Below are positions 63,907 through 64,000 of a stretch of 64,000 nt of DNA, one piece after another. A program made the translations under genes and the position numbers. Position 1 is the first letter of the stretch, and each line of letters begins with the position of its first letter. The stretch spans positions 124,001 to 188,000 of the forward strand of contig NIVC01000963.1 of assembly GCA_002269645.1 (NCBI GenBank), written 5' to 3'. This DNA is from Macrostomum lignano (Eukaryota). The notes below the pieces were generated by a model, which was given only the letters and a program-made list of their open reading frames with translations, was not told the origin of the DNA and made no database searches.

Positions 63907-64000
63907 GTGAGTTTCCTGTCTTTTAGGTTGGCGTCCCTGTCTCTTGGTTGGCGCCCCTGTCTCTTGGTTGGCGCCCCTGTCTCTTAGGCTGGCGCCCCTG

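Overview
Eukaryotic (animal) genomic DNA with very GC-rich exons, AT-rich intergenic DNA and introns filled with private tandem repeats. This style resembles the free-living flatworm Macrostomum lignano (inference, not proven). Left to right: (1) the 3' half of a non-LTR retrotransposon (RT plus CCHC) with a triplicated 3' end; (2) a 3-exon ATE1 arginyltransferase gene (+); (3) MITEs; (4) a minus-strand Crypton-type tyrosine recombinase flanked by a THAP-domain remnant and a possible P-transposase C-terminal remnant, with a perfect 102-bp hairpin upstream; (5) a 5-exon PCF11-like gene (+); (6) a 2-exon triosephosphate isomerase gene (+); (7) a ~13-exon, ~2000-aa DUF4062-NACHT-WD40 (NWD-like) gene (-) ending in a Dpy-30-like motif, with an antisense signal peptide-WSC-PAN gene nested in one intron; (8) a 2.8-kb TIR element inserted in a duplicated segment; (9) a caspase-family (peptidase C14) ORF with a DACRG active site (-); (10) the first two exons of a flavin monoamine oxidase-like gene (+), separated by a 4-kb satellite intron. 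No CRISPR array, rRNA or intact tRNA was found. Gene models were built by hand from GT/GC-AG sites and phase continuity. Family assignments rest on remembered consensus motifs, not database searches.
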